DNA of 64,000 bases from an uncultured Alphaproteobacteria bacterium. Lineage in GTDB: Bacteria; Pseudomonadota; Alphaproteobacteria; JAJTHO01; G963706365. The notes below the pieces were generated by a model, which was not told the origin of the DNA, searched no databases, and worked only from the letters and a program-made list of their open reading frames with translations. Positions within the stretch are counted from its first letter, which is position 1. Every line of letters begins with the position of its first letter. The stretch is taken from the NCBI GenBank assembly GCA_963706365.1, contig OY970150.1:1005864-1069863 (forward strand), written 5' to 3'. Position numbers and translations under genes: made by a program. Positions 10,553 through 22,800 of the stretch are shown one piece after another.

Positions 10553-11863
10553 ATGCGTTTCTTACCCCATACCGAAAACCAGCGCAATGAAATGCGCGAA
10601 GCCGTTGGCATTCATCGCACTAAAGAGCTTTTTGTTGATGTCCCCAATGGTGCCAAGCTGTATATTGAAAAAACTGGCTTATCTAAAACAATGCCGGAAT
10701 TCGAAGTTGATCGCTATTTCCAGCAGTTAGCCGCTAAAAATAAATCCGATATGCCCTTTTTTATTGGCGGTGGCGTTTATAAACATCATGTTCCGGCCAC
10801 TGTGGATTATATTATTCAGCGTGGTGAATTTTTAACTTCCTACACCCCTTATCAACCGGAAGTATCGCAAGGTACTTTACAAGTGCTGTTTGAATTTCAA
10901 ACCCAAGTGGCGATGATAACCGGCATGGATGTGGCTAATGCCTCCCTGTACGATGGCTCCACAGCAGCGGTTGAAGCGCTGATGATGGCTAATCGAGTCA
11001 CAAAACGAAAAAAGGCTATCGTTTTAGAAAGCGTACATCCCCATTACAGGGAAGTGATGAACACCTATGCTGGCATGGTTGGCTTTGATGTTGAAACCGT
11101 GCAGCAACTACCAGAAACTATTGATAAGGATATATCCTGCGTTATTGTTCAGTATCCAAACTTTTTTGGCAGTATTGAAGACTATCAAACACTGGCCGAT
11201 ACCTGCCATGCAAATGGTGCTTTGCTTATTGCAGTGGTAACAGAAATTGTTGCATTAGGTGCACTAACACCACCTGGTGAGTGGGGGGCTGATATTGTGG
11301 CAGCAGAAGGCCAGTCTATTGGCGTGCCGATGGGGTTTGGAGGCCCGCATATTGGCTTGTTTGCCTGCAAGCAAAAATATATTAGGCAAATTCCTGGCCG
11401 CCTATGTGGTGAAACCGTTGATAGAGACGGCAAGCGTGGTTATGTTCTTACGCTTAATACACGCGAACAACATATTCGCCGCGATAAAGCCACCAGCAAC
11501 ATTTGCACCAATGCCGGCCTATGCGCCCTGGCTTTTTCGGTGCATTTATCACTGTTAGGCAACCAAGGTTATACGCATTTAGCGCATCTGAACCATGCAA
11601 AGGCCGTACAGCTTTCTGAAATGCTAGGCCGTATTGAAGGCGTAAAAATACTCAATAAAAACTTTTTCAATGAATTTACAATTGAATTACCCAAGCCCGC
11701 GGCCAATGTTTTAAACGCTATGCAACAACATGGTATGCTTGCGGGGCTTGATGCAGGTAAATGGTATCAAGGTCGTGAAAACCAGTTAATTATTGCCGTT
11801 ACAGAACTGGTGAAAGATGCAGAAATGGAACAATTTTCCACTGTTCTGCAAAGTGTTTTATAG
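10553..11863 (+). CDS. gcvPA: Glycine dehydrogenase (decarboxylating) subunit 1
   Basis: 436 aa with the typical P-protein N-terminal-half signature (SYTPYQPEVSQGTLQVLFEFQTQVAMITGMDVANASLYDG...). No gcvPB follows; a palindromic repeat element and a secretin gene follow instead. Confidence 0.9.
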   Translation: MRFLPHTENQRNEMREAVGIHRTKELFVDVPNGAKLYIEKTGLSKTMPEFEVDRYFQQLAAKNKSDMPFFIGGGVYKHHVPATVDYIIQRGEFLTSYTPYQPEVSQGTLQVLFEFQTQVAMITGMDVANASLYDGSTAAVEALMMANRVTKRKKAIVLESVHPHYREVMNTYAGMVGFDVETVQQLPETIDKDISCVIVQYPNFFGSIEDYQTLADTCHANGALLIAVVTEIVALGALTPPGEWGADIVAAEGQSIGVPMGFGGPHIGLFACKQKYIRQIPGRLCGETVDRDGKRGYVLTLNTREQHIRRDKATSNICTNAGLCALAFSVHLSLLGNQGYTHLAHLNHAKAVQLSEMLGRIEGVKILNKNFFNEFTIELPKPAANVLNAMQQHGMLAGLDAGKWYQGRENQLIIAVTELVKDAEMEQFSTVLQSVL

Positions 11864-11987
11864 TGCTTCCAAAATAAATCCGTGCGGAGGCGAGAGCAAG
11901 TAAAATTGAGCGCCGTGTATGCTTCATACATAAGCGAAATTTTGCGCCGCTCAGAGACCCTCACGGGTTTATTTTGGAAGTACTATA
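11859..11987. repeat. ~128-bp palindromic MITE/RPE-like element, copy 1
   Basis: Terminal inverted repeats TATAGTGCTTCCAAAATAAATCCGTG ... CACGGGTTTATTTTGGAAGTACTATA with an internal imperfect palindrome (GAGGCGAGAGC...GCTC.GAGACCCTC). Overlaps the gcvPA stop codon. Near-identical copies at 34305..34433 and 59020..59148. Confidence 0.8.
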
Positions 11988-12057
11988 TAGTTAGTTACAG
12001 TAGATAACACGGCTAACGAAATGTTAACCCTATCCAACTATTCTAACAGCAATAATA

Positions 12058-13818
12058 ATGATGGGTTGCGATATTTCTTTTGCCAGGCTTTTAGCCAGTG
12101 TCAGTATATGCTTGCTGCTAAGCAGTTGCGAGTATTATAACAAACGCCTGAATCCTAATATCTATGATTCTGACACAGGTCTTAGCCGTGAAGAATACAA
12201 AGATGCCATTACTCAAAAACAGGCAAAATCCCTGGCTAGCCGTAATGAAGCCGCTATCCCGCCGATGCACCCGATTACTTTTATTCCTCCAATTAACAAC
12301 CTGCCAGAAACAAAACGAGTGTCTATTTCCGTCACCCAGGATATACCGTTAAAAGAAGTTTTGTTTGAACTTAGCCGAAAATCTGGCCTAAATTTTAAGC
12401 TGGATTCCAATATTGAAGGCGGCATCAACTTTACCGCGTATAACGAACCTTTCATCAAGGTGATTGAAGGCATTACACGCACCGCCGGTTTACGCTATCG
12501 TTTTGAGGGCAATTTTCTAAAAATTGAACAAGACACGCCTTATTTTATTAACTATCAAGTCAACTTCTTAAACTTATTGCGCCGCGGCAGCAGCCAAACC
12601 TCTATTTCTACTGATGTGTTCTCTGGCTCCTTTGGGCAAGAAGGTGGCGGCAGCGCTGCAGATAACGGCTCTAATAGCCTGGTTGAATCGACTAGTGATG
12701 CTGATTTCTGGCTAGTAGTGGAATCTAATATTGCTAAAATGCTGAACGATGCAAGCGGCGGGGCAGAAGACCCGTTGTCAACTGTGCTGGGCATTCCCGG
12801 GCAGGAAGCTGTGCGCGAACGTGCCGGTATCAGCACCACCAGCCGCGTGGGTCCCTATTCCCGTATTACGAGTAACCGCCAGGCTGGCCTTGTTTCTGTT
12901 TTCGCAACAGAGGGAGAACACCGACGTGTGCTAGATTTCTTAAATACACTACGAGAACGCGTAAATTCCCAGGTAACAGTAGAAGCCAAAATCCTGGAAG
13001 TTACTTTAAACGATGATTATCGCAATGGTATAAACTGGCAAACCCTGTTTGATGTTGGTGCCGCCACGGTTTCCGCACGTGCACGCTTCGATTCCCCGGT
13101 GCTTAATAACCCGATTCAAAACTTTGAAGATAGCACTAATAATGACGTGGCTGTTGGTGTTAGAACCGGCGATTTTTCAGGTGTAATTAGTGCTGTGGAA
13201 AGTTTTGGTTCTACGCGCACTCTTTCCAGCCCCCGTGTAACGATCATCAATAACCAGCCTGCTATTATGAAAGTGGCGGAAAATCAGGTATTTTTCCAGC
13301 TAGAATTTGAACGCGTAGAAGGCACGCTGGATGAAGCAGACCGCACCAATACTTCCAGTAAAATTCTAACCGTACCCGTTGGCTTGGTGATGGCCTTGCA
13401 ACCGGCTATTGATAAAGCCAACCAAAAAATTATGCTGAATCTAAGGCCAACCATTTCACGCATCCAATCATTTGTGGATGATCCGGCTGTTTCTATTGCC
13501 TCTAATAACCAGGTAAAATCCAGTATTCCTGTGGTTGAGGTACGCGAAATTGATTCTGTGGTACACATGGATTCCGGCCAGGTTGTTTTAATGGGTGGGT
13601 TGATGCAAGAGCGTAGCCGCAACCAGGATCAAGGCGTGCCGTTTATTAGTCGTATTCCCGGATTTAATTTATTATTCGGCACCCGCGAACAGGAAAAAGA
13701 AGTCGTTGAACTTGTTATTTTATTAAAAGCGGAAATTGTCGATAATGGCGGTGTGACCGATCATGACCGTGCCTTGTACGAGCGCTTTATCAATGATCCT
13801 CGCCCTATAGAATTTTAG
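12058..13818 (+). CDS. Secretin-family outer-membrane lipoprotein (T4P/T2SS-type secretin, MshL/PilN/BfpB-like)
   Basis: 586 aa. Lipobox LLLSSC. Secretin N-domain-like region. C-terminal secretin domain (STRTLSSPRVTIINNQPAIMKVAENQVFF...VVLMGGLMQERSRNQDQGVPFISRIPGFNLLFG). Confidence 0.7.
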   Translation: MMGCDISFARLLASVSICLLLSSCEYYNKRLNPNIYDSDTGLSREEYKDAITQKQAKSLASRNEAAIPPMHPITFIPPINNLPETKRVSISVTQDIPLKEVLFELSRKSGLNFKLDSNIEGGINFTAYNEPFIKVIEGITRTAGLRYRFEGNFLKIEQDTPYFINYQVNFLNLLRRGSSQTSISTDVFSGSFGQEGGGSAADNGSNSLVESTSDADFWLVVESNIAKMLNDASGGAEDPLSTVLGIPGQEAVRERAGISTTSRVGPYSRITSNRQAGLVSVFATEGEHRRVLDFLNTLRERVNSQVTVEAKILEVTLNDDYRNGINWQTLFDVGAATVSARARFDSPVLNNPIQNFEDSTNNDVAVGVRTGDFSGVISAVESFGSTRTLSSPRVTIINNQPAIMKVAENQVFFQLEFERVEGTLDEADRTNTSSKILTVPVGLVMALQPAIDKANQKIMLNLRPTISRIQSFVDDPAVSIASNNQVKSSIPVVEVREIDSVVHMDSGQVVLMGGLMQERSRNQDQGVPFISRIPGFNLLFGTREQEKEVVELVILLKAEIVDNGGVTDHDRALYERFINDPRPIEF

Positions 13819-13819
13819 G

Positions 13820-15145
13820 CTATTTTAAAAAATCCGGAATTGCATTTAATGCCTCTTGATCTTCACAAAAACCATTAGTAGCAGCTGTTTTAGACTGTTT
13901 AATCGCTGGTTTAGTATCTGGCGATTTACCCTGTACTGGCTTACTATTTGCTGGTTTTTTTTCTCTTTTCTCAGCCGCTGGCTTTTCTGGCTCTCCAATA
14001 TTCAGTGTTGCGATAGTCGCACTAGTATAGGATTTTATCTCGTTCCATTGCTCCTGTTGCAAGTCTGATACCAGGGTATAAGCCTTGCCCAGGGCACCGG
14101 CACGGCCGGTTCGGCCCACACGGTGCACATATTCGTCCTGATTATTGGGCACGTCATAATTTATGACAACAGGCAAACCCTGTACGTGTAAACCACGTGC
14201 GGCAACATCACTGGCAACCAATAAATCTATCTTTGATTCTTTAAAATCAGCCAGGGTCTGCATCCGTTCACTTTGGCTAAAATCACCATGTATGGCAGCC
14301 GCGTTATAGCCCTTTTGCTTTAACATTTTTGCAATTGCATCAACCTCAACCTTGCGATTGGCAAATATAATAGCCTGCACAATTCGCTGATGTTGCATCA
14401 TTTCCAGCAAAAATGCCTGTTTCGCTTTTTGCACTTTTGGGCAGACTACTTCAAATTGCTCGATATTTTCGGCGGTAAGATTTTTTGGTGTAACGGTAAT
14501 TTCCTTGGCTAAATGTAAGAAACGTTCTGTCAGGCTACGAATAGCATCGGGCATGGTGGCGGAAAACATAACAGTTTGTCTCACCGGTGGCAGCAAACGA
14601 ATAATATTTTCGATATCAGGGATGAACCCCATATCCAGCATACGATCTGCTTCGTCAACGACCAGCATTTCAATGGCCTGCAGAATAACCTTACCTTTTT
14701 CAAGATGTTCCAGCAATCGGCCAGGCGTGGCGATAATTACGTCAACACCCCTGGCCAATGCCTTTTCCTGTAAAACAGGCGACATACCACCAATTAATAG
14801 CGCGGTGGTAAAATGATGATATTTGCCATAAGCTTTGAAATTCTCTTCCACTTGCAAGGCAATTTCGCGGGTTGGCGCCAACACCAAACCACGCGGCATC
14901 ATCGCACGGGAACGCCCTTTTAGAAACCGCTCCATCATTGGCAAAGTAAAACCAGCGGTCTTTCCTGTACCGGTTTGGGCAATGGCCACCAGGTCTTGGC
15001 CAGCCATAATAACAGGCATGCTAATGGCCTGAATTTCAGTAGGGATTTCATACCCCCTATCCTTCAATGCCTTGAGGGTCAAAGGGTGTAAGTTAAGGTC
15101 TTTAAAGGTAGTTTCAGTCACAGTCTTCCATAGAACATATCGCAA
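13820..15145 (-). CDS. DEAD-box ATP-dependent RNA helicase (RhlE-like)
   Basis: 441 aa. Q-motif, Walker A AQTGTGKT, DEAD (VVDEADRM), SAT, HRVGRTGRAG. Lys/Pro-rich C-terminal tail. Confidence 0.9.
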   Translation of the reverse strand: MRYVLWKTVTETTFKDLNLHPLTLKALKDRGYEIPTEIQAISMPVIMAGQDLVAIAQTGTGKTAGFTLPMMERFLKGRSRAMMPRGLVLAPTREIALQVEENFKAYGKYHHFTTALLIGGMSPVLQEKALARGVDVIIATPGRLLEHLEKGKVILQAIEMLVVDEADRMLDMGFIPDIENIIRLLPPVRQTVMFSATMPDAIRSLTERFLHLAKEITVTPKNLTAENIEQFEVVCPKVQKAKQAFLLEMMQHQRIVQAIIFANRKVEVDAIAKMLKQKGYNAAAIHGDFSQSERMQTLADFKESKIDLLVASDVAARGLHVQGLPVVINYDVPNNQDEYVHRVGRTGRAGALGKAYTLVSDLQQEQWNEIKSYTSATIATLNIGEPEKPAAEKREKKPANSKPVQGKSPDTKPAIKQSKTAATNGFCEDQEALNAIPDFLK

Positions 15146-15197
15146 AAATATATAAAACTAAAGATTTTATATATTTTAATGTCTTATTACATTAATT

Positions 15198-15788
15198 ATG
15201 ACAGTAATGTTAAATTTTTTAAAATCAGTGGCTGATCTGGATGGTTTGCCCGCCGCTAATAAACCTGAAGTGGCTTTTGCCGGGCGTTCTAATGTAGGAA
15301 AATCAAGCTTATTGAATACTTTAGCGGGTCAAAAAAAACTGGCCAAAACCTCGGGTCGGCCAGGTTGCACGCAACTATTAAATTTTTTTGAACCAGAAAA
15401 TAGTAGCTATTATTTAGTGGATTTACCCGGTTATGGCTATGCCAAGGCACCCAAACATGAAATTGAACGCTGGACAACCCTGACCAATTATTATTTACAG
15501 GGTCGTGCTAATTTGCGCCGGGTATTTTTGTTAATTGACAGCCGACATGGTATTAAGGAAAACGACAAGCCACTAATGGAGATGCTGAATAGTGCCGCCG
15601 TTCCCTGGCAAATTATTTTAACCAAAACCGATAAAATAAAAACGCCCGCCATTGATAAGATGATAAAACAGGCGGAATCTTATTGCCTAAAGCAGCCTGC
15701 GGCTATCAACAATGTTTTATCCAGCAGTAGTGAAAAGCGATTAGGCACAGAAGAAATATGGAAAGCTATTGCAGAATCAATAACTTAG
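15198..15788 (+). CDS. engB: Ribosome biogenesis GTP-binding protein YsxC/YihA
   Basis: 196 aa. G1 GRSNVGKSSLLN, G3 DLPGYG, G4 TKTD. Confidence 0.85.
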   Translation: MTVMLNFLKSVADLDGLPAANKPEVAFAGRSNVGKSSLLNTLAGQKKLAKTSGRPGCTQLLNFFEPENSSYYLVDLPGYGYAKAPKHEIERWTTLTNYYLQGRANLRRVFLLIDSRHGIKENDKPLMEMLNSAAVPWQIILTKTDKIKTPAIDKMIKQAESYCLKQPAAINNVLSSSSEKRLGTEEIWKAIAESIT

Positions 15789-15802
15789 GGATATAACGCG
15801 CC

Positions 15803-16792
15803 ATGAAATTATCAATGGATAGAAACCTGGCTCTTGAAACTGTCAGGGTAACTGAATGGGCTGCATTGGCCTCCGCGCGCTGGATGGGGCGTGGTGATGA
15901 GAAGGCTGCCGACCAGGCTGCTGTTGATGCCATGCGTACCGCCTTAAACGGCCTGTCTATTCAGGGCACCATTGTTATTGGAGAAGGCGAACGCGATGAA
16001 GCGCCCATGCTTTATATTGGTGAAGAAGTGGGCAAAGATGATGCGTTTAAAGAGCATTACCCCCATGTTGATATTGCGCTTGATCCTCTAGAAGGCACCA
16101 CGATCACGGCACATGGCCTGCCTAATGCCATGACGGTTATTGCCATTGCGGAACAAGGCGGTTTTTTAAATGCGCCGGATGTTTATATGCAAAAAATTGC
16201 AGTTGGTGCCGGTTTACCAGCAGATTTGGTGGATTTGGATTTGAGTGCCACCGAAAACATTACCCGCCTGGCACAAGCAACTGGCAAGCGCACCGAAGAT
16301 GTGGTGGTTTGTATTCTAGACCGCCCACGCCATAAAGATTTAGTACAGGAAATTCGTGATTTAGGCACTCGTATTCACTTTATTGCAGATGGCGATGTTA
16401 GTGCGGTTATTGCCTGTTCTGAGCCTAATAGCGGTATCGATATGTATATTGGCACGGGTGGCGCACCGGAAGGTGTGTTGGCAGCCGCAGCCCTGCAGTG
16501 CATTGGCGGTTTTATGCAAGGGCGTTTATTATTTCGTAACGATGATGAAAAGCAGCGTGCGGCAAAGTATGGCATCACCGATCTTGATCATAAATATAGC
16601 CTTGATGAATTAGCGCATGGCAATGTGATGTTTGCCGCCACAGGCGTAACAGATGGAACCCTGCTAAGGGGCGTTAAGATGACAGCCTCGGGCGCAAAAA
16701 CACAATCTGTTGTGATGCGTTCCAATTCTGGCACAGTGCGCAAAATTGAAGCCACCCACGATTTTCGCAGAAAGCCATTTGATACGGTTTAA
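15803..16792 (+). CDS. glpX: Fructose-1,6-bisphosphatase class II (GlpX)
   Basis: 329 aa collinear with GlpX (TEWAALASARWMGRGDEKAADQAAVDAMR...DPLEGT...GTGGAPEGV). Confidence 0.85.
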   Translation: MKLSMDRNLALETVRVTEWAALASARWMGRGDEKAADQAAVDAMRTALNGLSIQGTIVIGEGERDEAPMLYIGEEVGKDDAFKEHYPHVDIALDPLEGTTITAHGLPNAMTVIAIAEQGGFLNAPDVYMQKIAVGAGLPADLVDLDLSATENITRLAQATGKRTEDVVVCILDRPRHKDLVQEIRDLGTRIHFIADGDVSAVIACSEPNSGIDMYIGTGGAPEGVLAAAALQCIGGFMQGRLLFRNDDEKQRAAKYGITDLDHKYSLDELAHGNVMFAATGVTDGTLLRGVKMTASGAKTQSVVMRSNSGTVRKIEATHDFRRKPFDTV

Positions 16793-16852
16793 GAAATTTT
16801 TAGCATAAATCCTTAACAACAGTTTAATAAACTGTTGTTATAGTTGGGAAAT

Positions 16853-19800
16853 ATGCAAAAAATATCTTCACCGGCGGCCGGACAACAAAAGCAGGTTTAT
16901 GCAGAACCCGGCCAAACCATTGAACTTGATATAGATATTAGCCAAGCCCAGGTTGACATTCTGGGCAGTGATATGATTTTGACCTTACCAAATGGTGGGC
17001 AAATTATTTTATCTGGCATGGCGGTTTCCCTGTTTGAACAAGATGCACCGAACTTAATTGTAGAGGGGCAAACTATTGATCCTAATATTTTATTAGGCCG
17101 CGTTGGATTGGTGCAAAATGTATCGGGTAAAGATGTCGCAATTTTAACCAGCATGCAAACCCCTGCAACAGAAAAAGCCGCGCAGGAAGTTTTGCAACAA
17201 AAATTGCAAAACATCGAAGTAAAGTTACAGGAAGCAGAACAGGCAGCAGAAATTGCGCAGAAGGAAGCCGATTTTAACGAACAATTTAAATTTATGGAGC
17301 CGCCAAAGGAAATTGTTGGCGAAAATATGGTCAGTGCTTCAAAAGGTACCAATGCACCGAGCAATAAAACGCTAGGGAATTTTGAACTGGGCGCGAAAAA
17401 AGTTTTTCAAAAATTTACCAGCAATGCAGAATCAGAAGAATCAATCCAGCAAGCCGCCCCGCCGGTTGATTTTAAACCCCCTGCGGTGCAATCTGAATTA
17501 ATTGTAGAACAAAGTGATGGCGGAACAATTGCTTTTGATACAAAGGTACAAGCGTTGCAAATATCAGCTAGCCAATCCCTTGCGGATAACGGCACCCTAA
17601 CCTTTTTGGGGGGAAGCGGTAGCGAGGCCGCAACCATTGATGGCAGTGCCTTAACACAAATTCAGGCAGAATTTATTGATACCAGCCGCCATAATCGTGA
17701 TGTTGTAATCGTGGCTGATAACAACACTTTTATTGATCAAAATTTGCTATCTAGAGTCATTGAATACGACCCCACTGTGCCAGATGGTTTTGATTTAACG
17801 TCACTGGTTATTAAAGGTATTCCCAACAACTATAATCTTGTGGGTTATACAGCCGATTCCAGCGGTAACTATCGCTTTGATGTCAACACATTATCAGGGG
17901 ATGTAGAAAAATTTATCATTCAATACGACCCCACCGCTTTTGGTAGTGCTGATGCCAATGGTAATGTGCAAACTTTTAATATTACCTTTGATTCTATTGC
18001 GCAAAGTAACGGCAGCGTTGTAGAAGCCGCCTACCCTAGTTTAACGGATTCAATCGTTGTTCCTGTGGCGGTGAAAGATGTTACGGAAAACAATTATACC
18101 TATAACGTTAATGGCGTTACAGGTTGGGTTTTTGATACAAACCCGAATGGCAATATTATTTTAACAGGCGACGGTAATGCAGATGTTACCGGCGGTTTTA
18201 CCAATGACCGTATTACGACTGGTTCCGGTAATGATATAATCAATGCCGGCAAGGGTGATGACTTTGTACGTACCAACAAAGGTGATGATATTATAAACGT
18301 TGGCACCGGTAATAATATTGTGGATGCTGGCGATGGTATTGATACGTTGACCTACAGCGACAGTAACAGCAATGTTAACGTTGACTTGATGAGCCCTGCA
18401 AACAGCGCCGGTTACATTGAATTAACTGTTGGCAGCAACCAAACTGACCAGGTGCGGGAAGTTGAAAATATTACCACTGGCGGTGGTAATGATACAGTAG
18501 CGGGTAATAATAGTAACAACACCTTAAAAACAGGTGCCGGGAATGACACCTTAACAGGCTATCTGGGGAATGATACTTTAGACGGCGGCGCGGGCAGTGA
18601 CACAGTTTCCTATGCCTATCGCGAGACCTATTCCAGCAGCGGTGTTACCGTTAACTTAAACAACAGCACCGTTAATCTTGCCAGTAATGATGTTGATACC
18701 ATTAGCAATATCGAAAACATTATCGGTACACGTTATAATGATACCCTAACAGGTAATTCGCAAAACAACACTTTTACAGCAGGCGCCGGTAATGACACCA
18801 TCGATTTAGGCACGGGTAATGACAGTGTTGATGGTGGCGATGGTATTGATCATCTAAAATTTACACAGCAAACCAGTGGTGTTACTTTAAACTTGCAACA
18901 GGGATCTGGTCAATCAGCCACTGGCGACACATTGACGGTACGTAACATAGAAGAAGTAACTGGCTCAAGTTTCAATGACACTTTAACAGGTGATAATCTA
19001 AACAATACTTTTTACAGCAGTGCTGGCAACGATGCTTATAATGGCAGTGGTGGCACCGATACTTTAAGCTATCAAACAGGCACAGCCGCCATCCAAGCTG
19101 ATTTTTCTGCCGGTACCGTTACAAAAAATAATGGTAATGATACCTTTTCAAATATTGAAACTGTCAAAGCAACCAATTTAAATGATACGCTTATTGGTGG
19201 TGGATCAGTTACTAATATTGATGGTGCTGGCGGCATAGACACTTTGTCTTATCAAACCCAAACAGATGCTGTTACAATTAATTTAAAAGATGGCACCACC
19301 ACGGGTGCTGTTACTCAATCTTTTAGCAACATAGAAAACGCCACGGGCGGTTCTGGCAATGATACTTTGCTAGGAAACAGTGGGAATAATATTCTGGCGG
19401 GTGGCGCTGGTATTGATACGGTTAGTTATGCCAATGCAACAAATGCGGTAAATGCCAGCTTACTGAGCAACAGTTCAACAGGATATGGTAATGATACATT
19501 TTCAAGTATGGAAATATTAATTGGCTCAAACTTTAGTGACCAATTAGAAGGAAATGCCGGCAATGACGAAGTCATTGGTGGCGGCGGTAACGATACTATT
19601 TTCTCTACCACCGGTAATGATATTATTGATGGTGGAACGGGTTACAACACCATATCCTATGTCAATTCTACCGATACGATTACCAGTATTGATTATACAA
19701 CGGTTGCAAGCACAGGCTATGTAACCATTAACTTTGTTTCTGGAAAATATGACCTGGTGCGTAATGTTGAACTTTATAAAGGTTCAGCCGGTAACGACGA

Positions 19801-22800
19801 AGTTGTTGGCGGCGGTGGCAGTGGTGCGGGTTTAGGAACAAATCCGGGATCTGGCGGCGGGTCAGGAGGTGGCAGTGGCGGAGGCGTTGTAACCATTGAT
19901 GGAGGAGATGGTACGGATAAAATAATTTTTGCTGCTGAAACCGCTGTTGTTGTTGTTGATTTACAAAACGGTACAGCCACAGGTTCCTTTGGTACTTATA
20001 ACTTTACTAGTTTTGAAAGTGTTGTCGGTGGTGTGAATAATGACACCCTAATTGGTAGTACAGCGGACAATATTATTGAAGCTAATGACGGAGACGATAC
20101 TGTAATTGGCACCACAGGTAATGATACCTTGGATGGAGGCAATGGCAATGATATCGTGGACTATAGTAATTTAACCAGCGGTATAACAGCTTCTTCTACC
20201 AGTGTTACGGGTAGTGGCTTTACCGATACTTTAAGTAATTTCGAAACCGTTATTACCACAGATTATGACGATGTTATTAACGATGATAGCGCCAGTACTG
20301 TTTATGAAACAGGCGATGGCAATGATACTATTAATGCCAATTCCGGCACCGACAGCTTTGATGGTGGAACCGGCACGAATAAGCTAAGTTACACAAGCCA
20401 TAGTAACAGTAGTGCAGGCATTAACGCAGATATGTCTGTGCGCGACGGTAACAGCTTTTTCAACATCACTATAGGTGGCGAAACAGACAAAGCAAAAAAT
20501 ATCCAGATTCTTGAAGGTAGCACAGGCAACGATATTTTAACCGGCGATAATAACGCCAATACCTTGCTGGGTGCCGGTGGTGATGACATTCTAAATGGTG
20601 GTGGCGGTAATGATACGCTGGATGGTGGCGATGGTAATGATACTGTAAGTTTTTCCGGTGCCTCTAGTGGCGTTAACCTTAACATGAACATTGTTGACGC
20701 TAATGGTTTTGCCAATGCAACAGTGGGCAGCGAAACAGATAAATTAAAAAGTATCGAAATTATTAATGGCTCCAGTTTTGATGATATTATCACCGGTGGC
20801 AGCAGTAATGATACAATATCAGGGGGTTCTGGTAATGATATTCTGGATGGCGGTGCAGGCCTAGATACAATTAACGGCGGTGGTGGCTATGATACAGCAA
20901 CGTATGTATCCCTATCACAAGGTGTTAGTGTTGCTGGCAGTGTGGTTACCGATAATGACGGTAATGTGGAAACATTAATTAATATTAATGCCATCAGGGG
21001 AACGAACGCTGGCGATACATTTATTGGCACCAGTGGTAACGATATTTATGGTGGCCTAGGTGGCAACGATACTTTCACCGCAACCAATGGTAATGATAGC
21101 TATGATGGTGGCGCCGATACAGATACTGTTACTTATGTTAACAGCAGCGAAAACCTGAACATTAGTTTACGTACAGGTTCTGCAACCGGCACACTATTGG
21201 GAACACATACCTTAACAAGCATTGAAAATGTTACGGGTGGTTCTGGTAATGATACAATAGAGGGCGGTGTTGGCGCCAATATTTTAAATGGTGGTGCGGG
21301 CAGCAATACATTGAGTTACGCCAATGCCATTGCTGGTGTTAGTATTGATTTAACAGCCAATACAGCCATTGATGATGGCGGTGCCACAGATACCATCAGT
21401 AATTTTACCAGTTTAAATGCTTCTGGCTTTAATGACACCTTAAAAGGCAGCACCGGTAGTGATACCCTAAATGCCGGCGCCGGTAATGATACGATAATTT
21501 CTAGCACAGGTAACGACACCATTGACGGTGAAGCCGGTAACGATAGCCTGTCTTATGCAGCCACATCAACGGCTATTAATGTTAACTTATCTAGCGTAAA
21601 CGGCAGTGGTTTTGCCACTATTACGCAGAATACCAAAACAGATTTGGTGAAAAACATTCAAACATTTACCGGTTCCACCGCGGGTGACACTTTTATAGGT
21701 TCCAGCACCGCTGATATTTTCTATGGTGGTAGTGGTGCTGATACCTTCAGTGGCCGGGGTGGTAATGATATATTTGAAGGGGGCAATGATACAGATACGG
21801 CTGATTACGCTTATTCTGCTAATGCCATTACGGTTGATCTAACCAATCTGGTTGGTGGCTATGGGCAAGTTAGCTTTGCTTCCAGCAGCGAGGTGGACAG
21901 CCTTAATAGTATAGAAAATATTATCGGTACTGCCGGTAATGATACGTTTACCGGTGGCGCTGGTGCTAATAACATTAATGGTGGTGGCGGTAACGATACT
22001 TTTTATGGCGATGCTGGCAACGATTCCCTTGATGGGAACACTGGTAGTGATACTGTTGACTTTAGTGCCAATAGCACAGCTGTAAATGTTACATTAAACA
22101 GCCAGTCTGCCACCGCACAAACCATTACTTCTGGTTATGGCACCGACAGTATTCGCTATATTGAAAATATTACCACAGGCGGCGGTAATGATACCATTGA
22201 TACGCGCAATGATGCCGGTAATAACACCATTGTTACTAATGGTGGCAATGATACCATTTATGCCGGTGCGGGCAGCGATAGCTTAGATGCCGGTAGTGGC
22301 ACGAACACTTTACGTTTTGACGGTATGGCCAGCGCTGTGGTTCTGGATTTATCCACTTTGAATGGCAGTGGTTTTGCCACTGCAACTTCTGGCGCAAATA
22401 GCAGCCTGGTAAAAGGTTTTGGCACCGTTTACGGCAGTTCCAATGGCGATAATATTACCGGCACAAGTGGCAATGATATACTTTATGGCCAGGATGGTTC
22501 CGACACGCTTACAGGTGGCGCAGGCGATGATCTGATTATTGACCGCAATACAACCTATGCCACCAATAACACCAACATTATTAACGCCGGTGACGGTAAT
22601 GATACGGTAGAGGCCTACGTTAATGGCAGCACCATAGACGGTGGCAATCAAACCGATATTTTAACCTATAATGCTGGTAGTGGCACAAGCTCTAACCTAA
22701 CAGTGAACCTTACAGCAGAAACAGTTACAAATGGTGTTTATACCGACAATATCTCTAATTTTGAAGAAATTCGAACCAGCAATGGTAATGACAGTTTCAT

